NCBI GenBank assembly: GCA_012295275.1
Contig: CM022670.1
Coordinates: 11,470,001-11,534,000, forward strand
Direction of reading: 5' to 3'
DNA: 64,000 nt
From: Chrysomallon squamiferum
Taxonomy: Eukaryota; Animalia; Mollusca
Shown here: positions 26,901 through 41,104 of the stretch, piece after piece
Layout of the letters: every line of letters starts with the position of its first letter
How positions within the stretch are numbered: the first letter of the stretch is position 1
Position numbers and translations under genes: made by a program
The notes under the pieces: generated by a model
Databases searched by the model: none
What the model saw: the letters and a program-made list of their open reading frames with translations, nothing else
What the model was told of the DNA's origin: nothing

Positions 26901-29900
26901 ATAAATCAATCTTATTTTAAGCAACAATTTATAGTAACTCTGTATAACCTACCTCAATAAACTTTGATGTTTGTAACATAGCATGAGTTGCCTGACAGTT
27001 ATTGGAGAATTCAATATCCTAAAAAAGAAAATCATATTTTACATCTTAAACGTAACTTCATAATTATGTGTGTTATTTGTATGTATCAAATATAAATGAT
27101 TAGCAAGAAAACAATGAAGAAGTAATAAAAATAAACAAATTATAAATAAAATACAACATACCTGAGCTAACAATGTGCAATATACAGACTGCAGAGGCAA
27201 AAATCCCTGAATTAAAAAGCAAAATTAAAAAAATAATTAGCATCATTCAGTGCATCATAAAAATATACCAAAAGAAATATAAAAAAAAAACAAAGGTTAC
27301 ACTCATGCTTTTGTTTTTTTTTATTGGTTTGATAATTATCTTTTTACTTTAATTTTTACTCTATTCAATTTGTCATCTGTTATAATACAATTAATATGTT
27401 TACATTTTTTCTTCTCTTTTTTGATTAATATGATAATAATTAATCTAAAGTAATCTGCATGTTATTATCAGTCCAAATGGATAAATAAGTAAAAAATAAA
27501 TTAACTGACCTCTTCAGTTAAAATAGGTCTTGTAGACTGTGCTAAACGACTCAGGTTTTTAGCATAATCCATCTCTGATAAAAATTAAAAGAAACAACGT
27601 TTATAGCTTATACTTTTTGTAAATATAAACCAAATGGAATAAAATATTCAAAATTTACTGATGCTCAAAACTGTAAAGGTATTCTTTTATTGAATCTGCA
27701 TTAAGTACTTTGAAAATTTTCCAAATGATCAAAAATCTGAAATTCACCGAAGTTCACTGACACAAAGCATAATAACTTATTAAAAAATAAACGATTATTT
27801 TAGATATTTGAAATTTTTAATAATATGTACATTTTATGACTATAATAATAATTCATTCGGAAGGTAAAATAAGCAAATGATTAAACTTAACTGATTCATT
27901 TATGCTAGAAAAGCTACTTAGACAGGTAAAAGTAACTTAACATTTGTAAATACATTTTTACCTAGCTGATTTTTCTTTTCAATATATGTTATGATATCTT
28001 TTGAGTATTTGGACCATTGCTTAGCTCTCTGCAGTGCTAAATCAAGCCCTGCTTCAAGTCGAACAAGTGCTGTATCAATTTCACTGCCACACATCAGAGC
28101 TGTAACAAAATATAAAAAGAATTAAAAATCAGTGTAATCAGTAAATTATTCTTTAAAAAATAAGAGTGCTGATAGGCATCTAAAGTAAATAAAAATAATG
28201 AGTTTTAACATGCCCTTTAACCACTTGGGTCTGGGTCAGTCAGCATGTGAGACATGACCCTGTTTGCCCCTCAGCCGGTTGAATGAACAGTTGAGTGATG
28301 ATGATTGTTTTGGTTTCACTGGTTGGTGTATTCTGATTACTTTTCAGAGCTGATATGGTGGTTGATGAACTTTAGATGATCTTATGTCATCATTTCCATG
28401 GTCTCTGAGCAAGAGACACTTCACTGGGTAGGGATTCATTCTGCTAACTACACTGGGAATCACAAATCATTCTGCGAAGCTGTTTTTTGTTGGAAAGATC
28501 ATGCCTTCAGTAAACATTTTATTACATAATGAAACTTGACAAAACATAGTGAAACTATTCAAAGTGCATTTTTCTTGGTTTATGAATCAAATTAGTTGTA
28601 CCGAGTCTGACTGAAATAATAATGTAGTCAATACTAGATCATATTCAATAATCATACAGTTGATGACACCATTAATCAGCACTGTGGTAAATTGAAAACA
28701 CTTAGGCACAATGAATTGCTACAGTGTTTGCAACAGAAATGGGTGTTGTTCTCCTGAACCAGATGTGGCAGCTGCAACATGGATATGCTACCAGAAAATG
28801 GCACTTGGTCAAGTGGACTGGTCTTCCAACATGGACCTTATTTGGTCCTTCATGTCTACAAGGTTCTTCAGTACATTCTTTCTGTTTCCATCGATACTGA
28901 ATCTTTTATTTTACTTTCTTACAGGTACAGATAAAAACTGGATACAAATTGCTTGTTTCTACACCAAAGAAAAGTCAACTTCATTGAGATGAACAGTTAG
29001 GTCCAAGTATCACCTTCTGAGATGTTGGTATGATGGGATCTCCAGTATGTTTATGAAATTCATGTGTGCATCCAATACTGTCTCCTCCAAATCTCAACCT
29101 TTTAAGTGGAAAATACAGCCAGAATTTGAGCTGCAATGATGTTCTGGCTTCATGGGACATACTGTCCAGTGCATGAAGTCAATAGCTGCAGATTTCCCTT
29201 CGATGAATGCCAATGGAATGTCTGAATCAGAGTTTGACAAGTCAAGAGATTCATTGTTGAATATTAATATTTTGCAGAATTGTGAAGTGAATTTCTGCAA
29301 AGTAATTTAAAAAAAAGATTCTGACATGTTCTCAGAAAAAGGCAAAAAGAAAATGGCAGTCATATTGTTTGCAAATTATATGATTCATACTACCAGATCT
29401 ACTGCAATTTTTAAAAAAATCATTAAAAAATTTGCTTTTGAATAACCTCAGTAACATCTAACATCAGTGTTTTGTCATGTTTCATTATTTGAAAACAGGC
29501 ACTCTAAATGCACTGATCTTTTCAGAAAAACATGGCTACTCAGAATACAGCATAATTTCACTCTCACATTATAGCTGAGTGAATATCCAGTGCAATGACT
29601 CTCAGCTAGCTGATCATGTTGGGCCCATGTGGTTAAAGACAGAATGAAATATATAAATTTCAAGCACAAAGACAACATACTTTAATCACACAAACTTCAT
29701 TATAAAAAGACAAAAATAAATATTTCAAAAAATCATTAGTACCAAATGAGAACAATTATAAATACAATTATATAGTAATATTCAGGCATTGTTACAAAAG
29801 ATACAATTCTAAAACAAATCTAGGAAAGGGAAGCAGAAAAACACACAAAAAAAATTATTCTCTTACCACATTTTCCATCAATGCTTAAGGTTTCAGATCC

Positions 29901-32900
29901 GTCAGTATCAATGGAAGCCAAATTGTCATAAGACTGTTAATAATAAAACAGATATATTGTTACATTCTTTTGTTCAGATTTACATATGAATGGACAGATT
30001 ATGGATAAAAATTTCCAATGTATTTTTTCTTTAATTCAGCTTTTTATACAAAAAAAATTACATCCCAAGAAAATAAATTTTAAAACGATATATTGCTTGA
30101 ACGAAGTATCCAGCATTAAAATGTTATACAAATAAGAATAATAATGAAATCATTAACATTTGGTTAGTCTTGTACTTTTGTACTTATGTTCGAATACAAA
30201 CCTTTGTTAGGTTACCACTTGATACTTCTGGTTCCACACCACCCATTAAATATTCAGAAACACTAGAAAAGAAAATACCAAAAATTGTCAAAAAAAAAAC
30301 AAAAAAAAAAGAAAGAAAGAAAAACAGGAGAAAAAGAAAGAGGGAAGGAAAAAGGTCAGACAATAAAAAACAAAAGTGGATTTTATTTATCAGATGTAAC
30401 AAAAAGTGCAATAATAAAACAGTAATTTAAAATATCAGGATACCACAGTTTTTGTGAATTAATGCAAAAAGTATATATATATTTAGACACACACACAAAC
30501 ACAAACACCCACCCACAGACACACAGAGTCAGAATTTGTTTGTTCTTGTTTGTTTTTTACTATAAATTTACAATTCTCTGTATTCTCAAAGCCTACACTA
30601 AAAAAAGTACATATTTGTTTATATTAACATCTGTTAGCCCTACAACCTTTGGGCTAGTTCATGCTCTGTGCAGAAGACAGATTACATTAGATAAAAGATA
30701 GTATCCAACAAATAATACATTATCTCTTTAAATTCCTGAACTGAAAATGAATTGTCCTTATCTTTCACAATTTGAGGTTGTTGGACTAATATATCCCGTC
30801 ATTTTTTTTAAATGTAATAGAAATATTATTTTCGTATTATCAAATTAAATTCTCCAAAAAATTTATTTTTGTTTTATTAGTACTGGATAAGGTATTTTGT
30901 GATCTTGAATGCATATACAGTATTGTTTTCTTTACTTGCTGAGATAAATTTTCTGAACATACTTTGTTATTAGTTATTCTCCTATATGTATTTAATACAA
31001 ATCTGAAAAATAAAATTGCTGCTGCTTGTTACATTTTTTTTTTACCCCAGGAATATATTGCAATACATTTTTGTAAAAGTAACTGAATTTTTTTTTTTAC
31101 ATATAACATTAACAGTTGTGAATTAAAAAAGAAAGTCAGTGCTCAGATAAATAGAGACACTATTTAACATAATGCAACTACAACTTAAAAATGCATTTAG
31201 TCATTTTCACACCACCATTAAGGTGCATTACTATTTATATTATTTAATTTTTGTTTATATGTGGTTTAATTACTGATGGTTATTAATCACTAACCTGCTG
31301 CTAAATGATAAAGCCAGCTGGTCAATGGCATCACAGAATGACTGCAGTAAATTTTCATCAGCAGCTCCTTCGTAGCTGTGGTCTGAAGTAAAAATATAAA
31401 TTTATATGAAGGTGACTACCGTTTCATCAAAATTCCATAGGGAGGGTTTTTGAGATATGTTTTCCCTATGTATGTCGTTTCACAAATCAGCAACAAATAA
31501 GGAAAACATTTAAAGTAACGTCCTTTCTGTTTCACAGTTAATAGTTAATCCAATTGAGGCGGTGTGTGTGTAGTGTTTGACATCATGCAGTACTGTGTAG
31601 GTAATGTCATATTGTTGTCTCCCATAATGCACTGCACATATCCTGTGTACATTCATCTCATATTAAATATTATCCGAGTTTGTGATTCTTGTTTAATGTT
31701 ATCTCAATCTGTTTGTGCCTCTTTTTTTTTTAAATGTGTAAGTGGAAAATTGGTTAGAGGTAAAAGAAAAGCCAAAACAGAATTGCCTTAGATGTTAAGC
31801 TAGATGTACTAAAATTCAAAGTTTAAAAAAATAAATCAAAAACAACTCTCCACAATGACTTACTTTAAAACGAGATGTACAAAAGATGAACAATAAACGA
31901 AACTCAACATAAATAATTACAGTGTACAATAGGATGTGTCCAGCCTTCTAGGACACTTATTTAATACTAAAACATTATTTTTTTGGTTTGTAAAGATGTT
32001 ATAAATACTAGTACTATGCAGTCATTTATTACAAGCCATTATTAAATAGTCTGTCTGAAATTTAATATAAATAAAATAACTAAAATAATACAAATAAATA
32101 AAAATAATTCCTTTTTTTTTTTTTTTTTTTTAATAAACTGTTTCTTAGTTTTAATAGGTATACAACATATGAAAACAAAAAAACATACTCTTGATTTTGC
32201 CTATGAGTGCTCCTGCAGCTGAAAACAAGTCTGTGGAGTGAAGTGCAGGGTAACGCTGCAACACATTCTTCAAAATACACAAAACCTCTCCTAGCCTTTG
32301 ATGAGCTGTTACTCTTGTGTCATCATTGAATTCTTCAAAAAACAATTACATACTATGTTCAGTTTAAAAAGTAACAATTTTTAAAATTTATGTCAACATT
32401 TTTTTTTTTTTTCCCTTTATTTCTGTCTATAATAGTTTAATACTGTCACAGTATAGTTAATTAGGCTAGTACCGTTACAAAGCAATCACAAGAAATTAAA
32501 ACTGTTAATTTAGTCAATCAGTACCCTCAGTTATTTTTACAAAACTGCTCTAAGCCAAAAATTTAATTTCAGTATTTATTATAAAAACAGTAAATAATGA
32601 TTCAAAGGAGCTTTAAAGATATTTAATGAATGAATAGTCTTAATTTTAAGGAATTTAAATATTTTTGGTTTTATTTACAAAAAGTATGATAACTGTATCT
32701 CATTGTTTCATAAAAAATAAAAATAAACAAAATGCTAACATTAATCAAAAATCATTTTCTTACCGATATTAGAATTAAACACAACCTTGAGACTAGCTAG
32801 GGCATCAGAAAATCTTTTGACATCTTGAGTCAATGCTATGATATCATCTTGATCGACAATAACAGGTTCTTCATTGTTAATACTCCCAAGTGAAACACTC

Positions 32901-33531
32901 TTCATCACCTTAGATGTCCGGCCATGTTGTTGACCTCCTTGTTCATTTCTTAAGTCCATTCCAGAATTCATATCAGAATAACTAGAATGATCCTAGAAGC
33001 AAATTACGTATACTAATTATGTAGTACTCAGTGTCACTAGAATTATTTTAATCAGTTTCTGAACATTAACTGATCCTTTATAGTTTAATCATGTGGAAAT
33101 CTATCTAGCAATAATCATATAATTTGTTTAATCAAACAGAATAATAAGATCTGTTAGTGAAGTGGTTTTCTTTTCTTTTTTCAACTTTATTTACTTATTT
33201 ATTTGTTTTTAATGAAAAAGAGCAGTAACAAGAAAAACATATTTGAATTATAATTTGTACATATAAATATAAAATTAAAAAAATAATAATAGTAATATTA
33301 ATTAAACTATTAATATTTATTATAATTAATATTTATTTTATATTAATATGATGTTATAACTGAATCAATAAACCACTTTGAAAAAGGGAACGCTATCCAT
33401 AAAAATGTTTAGAAAGTTTCTGGAAGCAGGTTGCTCAGTTTTACTGAAATACCCTAAACTTGATTATGTATTATGACAGACTATCAATGCAATGTTTTAC
33501 TATTTACTTTAATTAAATAAATATTTGTTTT

Positions 33532-33569
<38 letters not shown>

Positions 33570-33993
33570 TATGTTAAACAAATTATTTAGCATGCACAAT
33601 TTCGTTTTAATAATTTAAAACAAATAAATAAATTTTAACTTTCTTTCAAACATTCACCGCAAAAGCCAAGCCTCTTCTGAGTCTTGTCAATATTATTACA
33701 TTAGTTTAGTCATTAGGCCCTCCGAACAAATCCCTATTTAGCTCGATAACCACCAAGGAACGGTAATAATTATTTCCACCGAAACAACGAGTCTGAGTTG
33801 GATAATTCATTATGACACAAGTGTATGCATTTTAAATATAAATTTTTCTCCGGGTTACTCTACATTTTTAAATTGCCGACAACTGACAAACCTGTTCAGT
33901 CTGATGATGGTCAGGTCGACCTTCTAAATCAGTAAACTTTCTTCGAAGTGACTTTCCAATACTTTTCGCTAAATTCCGTCCCTTGGACGACAT
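11746..33993 (-). CDS. ARHGAP45: F-BAR plus RhoGAP protein, ARHGAP29/ARHGAP45(HMHA1)/GMIP family, 31 coding exons
   Basis: Phase-consistent GT-AG exon chain: 33993-33892, 32992-32764, 32332-32189, 31382-31295, 30262-30202, 29933-29867, 28099-27962, 27574-27510, 27206-27162, 27018-26953, 26638-26558, 25432-25286, 24977-24900, 24724-24665, 24277-24221, 23818-23679, 23261-23161, 22735-22535, 22303-22245, 21749-21615, 21255-21118, 20803-20747, 20319-20201, 20007-19927, 19422-19341, 18865-18766, 18537-18498, 17958-17895, 17289-17208, 15828-15676, 12725-11746. Motifs: N-terminal AHQRLGEVLCILKNVLQRYPALHS; FCH ALQRAKQWSKYSKDIITYIEKK; LCESSKVYEPGSQY; arginine finger GIYRVSG; LKLYLRQLPEPL; NQMSPSNLGIVFGPTLLRP; C-terminal PRFV* (PDZ-ligand-like, compare ARHGAP29 PQFV). 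The symbol marks the family; one-to-one orthology is not established. Confidence 0.92.
17372..17598. repeat. ~130-bp tandem duplication with an internal ~28-bp micro-inversion
   Basis: 17372-17406 matches 17504-17537 and 17435-17466 matches 17566-17598 as direct repeats. The middle ACTTTAATTAAAATCATACACAATGGATT appears as its reverse complement at 17538-17566. Confidence 0.7.
28221..29632 (-). mobile_element. Degenerate piggyBac-family transposon in a RhoGAP intron
   Basis: TTAA on both sides (28217-28220 and 29633-29636); imperfect TIRs CCACTTGGGTC / CCACATGGGCC; minus-strand relic of the piggyBac C-terminal Cys-rich domain (FCCKHCSNSLC..CF.IYH, ~28680-28745). Confidence 0.75.
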
Positions 33994-34099
33994 ATTTTTG
34001 CTGTAGTATATTTAAGATCATGGCATGCGGAAATGAAAATTCACCAAAGGGTTCATCATCCTGTAGCATATTGCTTTTCTTCACTTTATGCACAAACTT

Positions 34100-34205
34100 A
34101 ACTTTACTTCCGCCATAGTTTGCAAACTTTTTGGTGGCCTTGTTCTCGCACTCAACGGGAGTTCTCGAGATTATAACTTTTTGACCTCATTTTACGTCAT
34201 TGTAC
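34100..34205 (-). promoter_or_regulatory. Probable RhoGAP promoter/TSS region
   Basis: CpG-containing island in AT-rich DNA just upstream of exon 1, with ATGGCGGAAGT (YY1/ETS-like), TCTCGAGA and a CRE-like TGACGTAA at ~34192-34199. Confidence 0.4.
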
Positions 34206-34444
34206 GACCCATTTTATAGTTTCTTTCTTTTATTTTTTATTTTCATTATTTATTATTATTTTTTAAATTATTTTTTTTTTTCTTTCTTTCTTTCTCTTTT
34301 CTTCGTCCTCACGTAGTTTAATTCTAATAAATAGACGTAGATTGATTTCACTGCTATTTGTATTTGCATGCTGTTTCTCGTTACATCAAAATAAATAAAA
34401 ACAAATAAAATAACAAATCTTTCTCCTCTCCAAAAGTATACAAT

Positions 34445-34463
34445 TCATTATTATTATTATTAT

Positions 34464-34506
<43 letters not shown>
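34445..34506. repeat. (TTA)n(TAG)n compound microsatellite
   Basis: Direct reading. Confidence 0.85.
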
Positions 34507-34507
<1 letters not shown>

Positions 34508-35050
34508 TATAAATAAAATGAATGAATGAATGAATAAATAAATAAAGAAGATAATAATACTGGATGAATTTGATATAAATAATCTATGAAAAAAATTACT
34601 AATAATAATACTAATATTACTACTAATAGTAATAGTAATAGAAAGAAAAAAAATAAACAGGGCATATTTGTTAGATAGAGCTGTCCTGTAAGACAAACGC
34701 AACCTAATTTTTCCTTGTCCCATATGGAATATATTTGTCTCAATAAAACCGGCCAACTTATCTGATTACATGATTTTTACCATTTGTGAGCAATGCTTAA
34801 CAACTTTGTTAATCAAACTGAATTTAGATTTAAGATATATATTTTTTTATATATGTATAATTCTCTTTTTTAATTAATTAATTAAATTTATTAAATATAT
34901 TTTATTTGTATTTAGTTAGTTATTTTATTAATTAATTATTTTGCTAATTGCTTATATTTCTCTAATATATTTTTATAAATATGTTTTATTCATTCATTCA
35001 TTTATTTATTATTATTGCTATTATTTGAAACAGACGTTTGTCTTTAATCG

Positions 35051-35409
35051 TTTATTCTGCATCCAGTTTTTACTAATCGAACAAAACAAAGTCACAATGA
35101 TATATTAGCAGATTATGACTGCTTATGTCATGTACACATATTGTCGAAACAGCGATACGTAAAAAACAACCTAATGAGCTTATTAAATAATGATCAGAAT
35201 TTTTTAAACAAATATTTTCAAATTATTTTCTGTTTCGCTGGGTTATTTTAAATAAATAAATAAAAATATATTATACTGCAACATGTCATTTTAGTTTAAA
35301 CTAGATATTTTAATATATTCCTGCTTGTTCTAAAAAACTACAGAAGTAGTCGTAATGTTCCACTGTGTTACGGTTTATGCTGTGTTTAATATCTCTTTTG
35401 TGAATTACA

Positions 35410-35444
<35 letters not shown>

Positions 35445-36631
35445 CTCTAAAATACCACTTAAGACACATTTATGAACGTAACTAAAACAGAACAGTGCCC
35501 CAAAAACAAAAAACAAAAATCAACAGCCAATACTTAATATATTTAAACTTTGTTTTATTCATTTATTTGTTTTTTATTTTTTATTATTTGAAACAATGAC
35601 AATGACAATGACTTTATTCTCATAAACTGTAAACTGTAGGATTACAGTACAGAGAAGAATGTGTTACAGATATATGATAACAAAATTAAAATTAAAATGC
35701 ACAGCCGTTTGTCATTAAACTACTACTCTGCATATAATTTGTACTAATCGAACAAAACAAAGTCACAGTGATATATTAGTAGATTATGACTTTTTATGTC
35801 ATGTACACATATTTCGGAAATGCGATACGCAAAAAATGTAATGAGCTTATGAAATTATGATCAGAATTTTAAACAAATATTACCAAATTATTCACTGTTT
35901 TGCAGGATTATTTTCAGTAAATAAATAAATAAATTTATACTGCAACATGTCATTTCAGTTTAAACTAGATAATTTGATATATTTTTACTTGTTTTAAAAA
36001 ATTACAGAAATAGTTCTAATGTTCCACTGTGATACGGATTATTTTGTGTTTAATATCTCTTTCGTGAATTACAGTATTTATTTGTTTATTAATTCAAAAA
36101 AAAAAAACACACACACACACACTCATATATAGTTTGATATACCACTTGAGGCACATTTATGAAGGTAAATAAAACAACAAAAACAGTCAATGCTTAATGT
36201 AGAAATGATTTTTTAAATTGTGTGCGCGTGCATATGTGTAGTTCTTGACCTTACAACGAATCGCGCAAAAGTCATTATATATATATATATACACACATAC
36301 ATACACACACACATACATACATACATACATACATACATACATACACATATACATATACATATATAATACAAGATAGTTGTCACACAGAGATAAAACATGT
36401 ACTTTTAAGTTTTTGTTTCTTTCTCCCTTTATTTTATTTTTCCAGCAGTCTTTTAGTTAACATAATCAGCAAATACACAATGTCAAACTAATTAAATAAA
36501 TACTAACACCTAATGCTGAAAATAAAATAACAGTTATAAATCAAGATCATAAACATGCCATGTCGTCATGCAGAAAAAAACATTATAATTTGAGTGATCA
36601 TTTAGTGTACGTACAAAATTTCTTTTATTTT

Positions 36632-36680
<49 letters not shown>

Positions 36681-37094
36681 TTGTTATTATCTAAAACATA
36701 CATTTATAATTAACTTTTTATTCTGCATCCAGTTTTTACTAATCGAACAAAACAAAGTCACAATGATATATTAGCAGATTATGACTTCTTATGTCATGTA
36801 CACATATTTTCGAAATGCGATACGTAAAAAACAATGTAATGAGCTTATTAGGTAATGATCAGAATTTTAAACAAATATTTCCAAATTATTCACTACTTTG
36901 CTGGGTTATTCTCAATAAATAAATAAATAAATAAATGATATGCTGTAACATGTCATTTTACTTTAAATTGGATAATTTAATATATTTCTAAAATTTTTTT
37001 TAAAAATTACAGAAATAGCTGTAGTGTTCCACTGCGATACATATTATATTGTGTTTAATATCTCTTTCGTGAATTACAGTGTATATATCTTTAT

Positions 37095-37138
<44 letters not shown>

Positions 37139-37952
37139 TCATAAACGTGTCTTAACTGGTACAGTATACCCTCACCTATTCGCGGTTCCCCATTCGCGGC
37201 CCCGCATATTCGCGGGTTAGGCTCTTAACCATATCGCATCGTATGCTGGTATACCAGGCTAGCGTCATAACGTCATAAAAACAAATGCTTGGTAAACCGC
37301 ACAAACAATATCAAATTTTTTCAATTATTATTGCAATACAGTACGTATTTTTTTTATAAATGCATACACTGTATATACAGAGCATATTTTTTGTGACCGT
37401 GTATTAATAATGTTTTTAACTGCATATTATTACCTGAACTGTGCGTACTGTATTTATCTGTCTGTTTTGCCTTTAAATTTGTTCCACTTCCTGTCAATTC
37501 TAATACATATGTTGTACGCATAGAAAATGACTTTACGGTGCAGTAATACTGTATGGGTAACTATGCTATGCGGTGTTACTGTCCTCGTGTACTTACGTTT
37601 CTTTCTGATTAAAATATTGTTTCAGTACAAAATTAAAATGTGTTTACATTATCATTACTACATTAGTGAAATACATAACTGCATGCAATATTACTACATT
37701 ATTACTGTATTAATGAGTAAGAGTGTCTTTAGAAAGTGTTTGGGAAGCATTTAGTACCGTATATAATCTCATAATAGACGTTTTAAAACTGCATCCAATA
37801 TTCGCGGTTTTTCGCTATTCGCGGGGGGGTAAAGAACGTAACCCCCGCGAATAGCGAGGGAATACTGTATATCAAAGTATATTTAGACATACCAATTAAG
37901 ACAAATTCATGAAAATAAATAAAACAGAAAACTATATAATAAAAAAAAAAAA

Positions 37953-38018
<66 letters not shown>

Positions 38019-38410
38019 AACAAACAAACAAAAGAAACAACGACGAAAAATAAAAAATAAAAAAACATTTGCCAATACTTAATGCATTTAATGGATGTTT
38101 TAGGTGTGTATGTGCGTGTGTGCATATGCAAAGTACTAGACCTTTCAACAAATCACGCAAGTCATTTTATATATGTATATAAAACACAAGATAGTTGTCA
38201 CACAAAGATAAAACATACGCGTCTAAGTTTTTGTTTCTTTCTTCCTAGTTAACATAATAACCAAATAAACAACATACAAACAAATAAATAAATAAATAAA
38301 TAATAACATTAAAAATGCTGAAAATAAAATAATAGTTATAAACAAAAATCTTAAACGTGCCCGGTCGTGCAGAAAGCACATTATAATTGGAGTGATCATT
38401 CAGTGTAATT
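35051..38410. repeat. Three diverged tandem copies of a ~0.5-0.9-kb intergenic unit
   Basis: TACTAATCGAACAAAACAAAGTCACARTGATATATTAG... recurs at ~35071, ~35742 and ~36737 with collinear downstream sequence (ATGTTCCACTGTG..., TACCACTTRAGRCACATTTATGAA). Copies 2 and 3 also share the distal ACAAGATAGTTGTCACAC...GAGTGATCATT block. Confidence 0.85.
37162..37867. mobile_element. pogo/Tigger-like (Tc1/mariner superfamily) MITE
   Basis: TA TSD (37160-37161 and 37868-37869); TIRs CAGTATACCCTCACCTATTCGCGG / CCGCGAATAGCGAGGGAATACTG; subterminal ATTCGCGG repeats and a palindrome at 37811-37858; no ORF. Confidence 0.88.
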
Positions 38411-39937
38411 CTTAAATTTTTATTTCAGTTTTAAAAATGCTAATGACTACTTGTTTTGCTTCAATAAAACCTTCTACCCGGTCAAGTAAGCCTGCAAGCG
38501 ATATGTATTAAAATTTCAAACTTGGAAGCTGCCTATTTAAGTTTGGCCATTACTATCGATCACGACAACTCAACGGACTGTCGCTATTAACTGACCCTCG
38601 TTTTCCCCCCTATAAAACCGTTTATCTACAGTTAATAGTTTAACTGACATGTAAAATTAATCTATCTCACTGCGATACCATGAGAATAATTGGTACATGG
38701 AGCATTAGATCGGCTCAAGTAATTACCCTATAATTATCGCTAAAACAAATTCAATTTGTTTTAATGTATTAAAGTATGGCGAAATACAAAATGTGTGGCT
38801 TGAAGAATGTGTGGCTTGTTCAGTTTTTATCAATTTCATTTCAGTCGGAATGGTTACGGTATCAAATCATTAAAACTATTAATGATAATATAATTGTCTA
38901 TGGTCTTATGGTAGGCCTGTACCTAACAGTATTTGTAAAAATAAATAAATAAATTTAGAAACGTAATTTATTGTGTTGTTCTACAAAGAAATGTATATGT
39001 GTGTAACTCAGTGCTGAGTAACATAGTTAAAGTTCAAGGGTATTATGTATTAGCCATATACAAAGGAAATTTTGCTCAGAAATTCCCCTCGTAATTCTTG
39101 CCTTCGTAGGATACAATCGAAATGATAAATCATTGTCTGTATAATATCTTTATCATTTTTGATAATCTAAATTTAACCTTTATATTTTATGTGTTTTTTT
39201 TTTTTGCAGTTTATATATCATTGCCCTTTAACTTGATACTAGGTTAACACAGGCAGTCCTTTGAAAACAAATATGACCTACATAACTGTAGATGACTTTG
39301 ATTACTGATCACTTAAGTCAACAAAACGTTCAAGCATTTCACTATTATGTTCTCATTTTTACGAGGCTATATAGCCTGTAGTTAGTTTGATTTGAATAAT
39401 TAGTTATACTTAATGTCTCGAACTGGCGACACTTCTCGTGGGATTTTGGTTGAACATGAACCATCCGGAAAAAAATAAAATAATTATTCGGTTTCAGTCC
39501 AGCAATTTTTTTATTTTCTCACTCTCTCTTTCTCATAAAAACCTTTTCCCTGTACTCAACTACTCCTTCATTGTTATTATTATTATTATTAATAGTAGTA
39601 GTAGTAGCAGCAGCAGCAGTAGAAGTGGTACAAGACTTAGTTAATTTTCTTATTAAATTAGTTATTTTGCATGTCGTGGTGTTTGTTTTATTTTTTAAGA
39701 CAAAGCAGTAATATAATACCCAAAACAGTAACATAATCAAGGGTCGTTTGATAGAGCCTGTGCCGGCGACTGATTTTTTATGGTTCCCTTTTTCATGGGA
39801 GTCATTTTAATTTAATTTTTATTTTATTAAAAAACATTTTTTATTATTATTATTTTTTTTTTTCATAAATAGGCCGAAATATCATTGTCATAGCACACAC
39901 AATATAAAATTAACCATAAATAATATTAATAATGTAG

Positions 39938-39943
<6 letters not shown>

Positions 39944-40000
<57 letters not shown>
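39944..40000. repeat. (AT)n microsatellite
   Basis: Direct reading. Confidence 0.9.
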
Positions 40001-40005
<5 letters not shown>

Positions 40006-40499
40006 GAAAGCCTTTTGTTAAAACAATTAAATAACGCTTACATGTAAATAACACAAATAAATTACTTGCTTCTGTGAACATTTATATCTCAGTAAAAATT
40101 AAATATTTTGAAATATTTAATTTATTTATTTAGACACATACTGAAATATACATATACTATTTATTTCTTTTTCTTTTTTCTTTCTTGTTTTTAATTAATC
40201 AATTTTTAATTATGAATTTAAAAAAAGAAAAGAAAAGCCTGCTAAATAAAATAATCCAAACCACTTATTAAAAGCATGCGCAATATGAACGTTTTTGAGA
40301 TGTGAATAAACAAATAAACAAATAATAATAAATAAATAAATAAATAAATAAATAAAAATGAAAGTAAATAAAAGTTTCTCAAATCAGATAATTTTGTTCC
40401 GACTTGAATTAATTTTTAATTACAGTTAAGTTAGGTATTATTATGATCTGAAACTCAGCATGGCTCCGATCGGTCTTGATAAGAAATTAATAAGTAGGG

Positions 40500-40620
40500 T
40501 AACAGATGGATGTTTTCGCGCCGTCTCTCAGTCAATTACGTAGAACGATTCCTGCCAGTAATGTTATCATTATTGAAAACAATAAATAACAGCTGATTGG
40601 TTCAGCAAGGTTTCCGGAGG
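40500..40620 (+). promoter_or_regulatory. Probable promoter of threonine dehydratase copy 1
   Basis: E2F-like TTTTCGCGC (40513-40521) and an inverted CCAAT box CTGATTGG (40593-40600), 85-170 nt upstream of ATG 40685. Confidence 0.35.
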
Positions 40621-40684
40621 TCACAGAAATGTTATTAAGATTGCGTAGAAACTCAAAGGGTCAGAAAAACGAAGGATCGTAGAT

Positions 40685-41069
40685 ATGTCAGTGGAAGATG
40701 AAAAAAGCCTAACTTTAACGGTGAGTTTGTAAATAATAATAATAACAATAATAATAATAATAATAAAAACATGACATAAACCTAAACAGTAACAGTAAGT
40801 AAACTGTTTCCGTAATTCGATATAATAATACATCATAAAATGTAGAACAAGAAGGGTACGCTTGATAGGATTTAAAGTTCAACAATATCTTTTCAAGCAA
40901 GCACCCTTCTCAACATTCTTTAAAGTTTTTTTTATAATTCAGTTGTAAGTTTAGAAGAAAAAAAAACACGTGTCTGTGTATGTTGCAAATTTATATAATA
41001 AACTTACAATTAATTTACAGAATACCCCTGAGAATAAAATTAAAAAGTTGTCTGTAATAGTGTTTTAAT

Positions 41070-41104
<35 letters not shown>

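Noticed and set aside
34381-34756. ORFs with poly-T/N/Y runs (similar ones at 37783-38160 and 49018-49239)
   Set aside because: Translated microsatellites.
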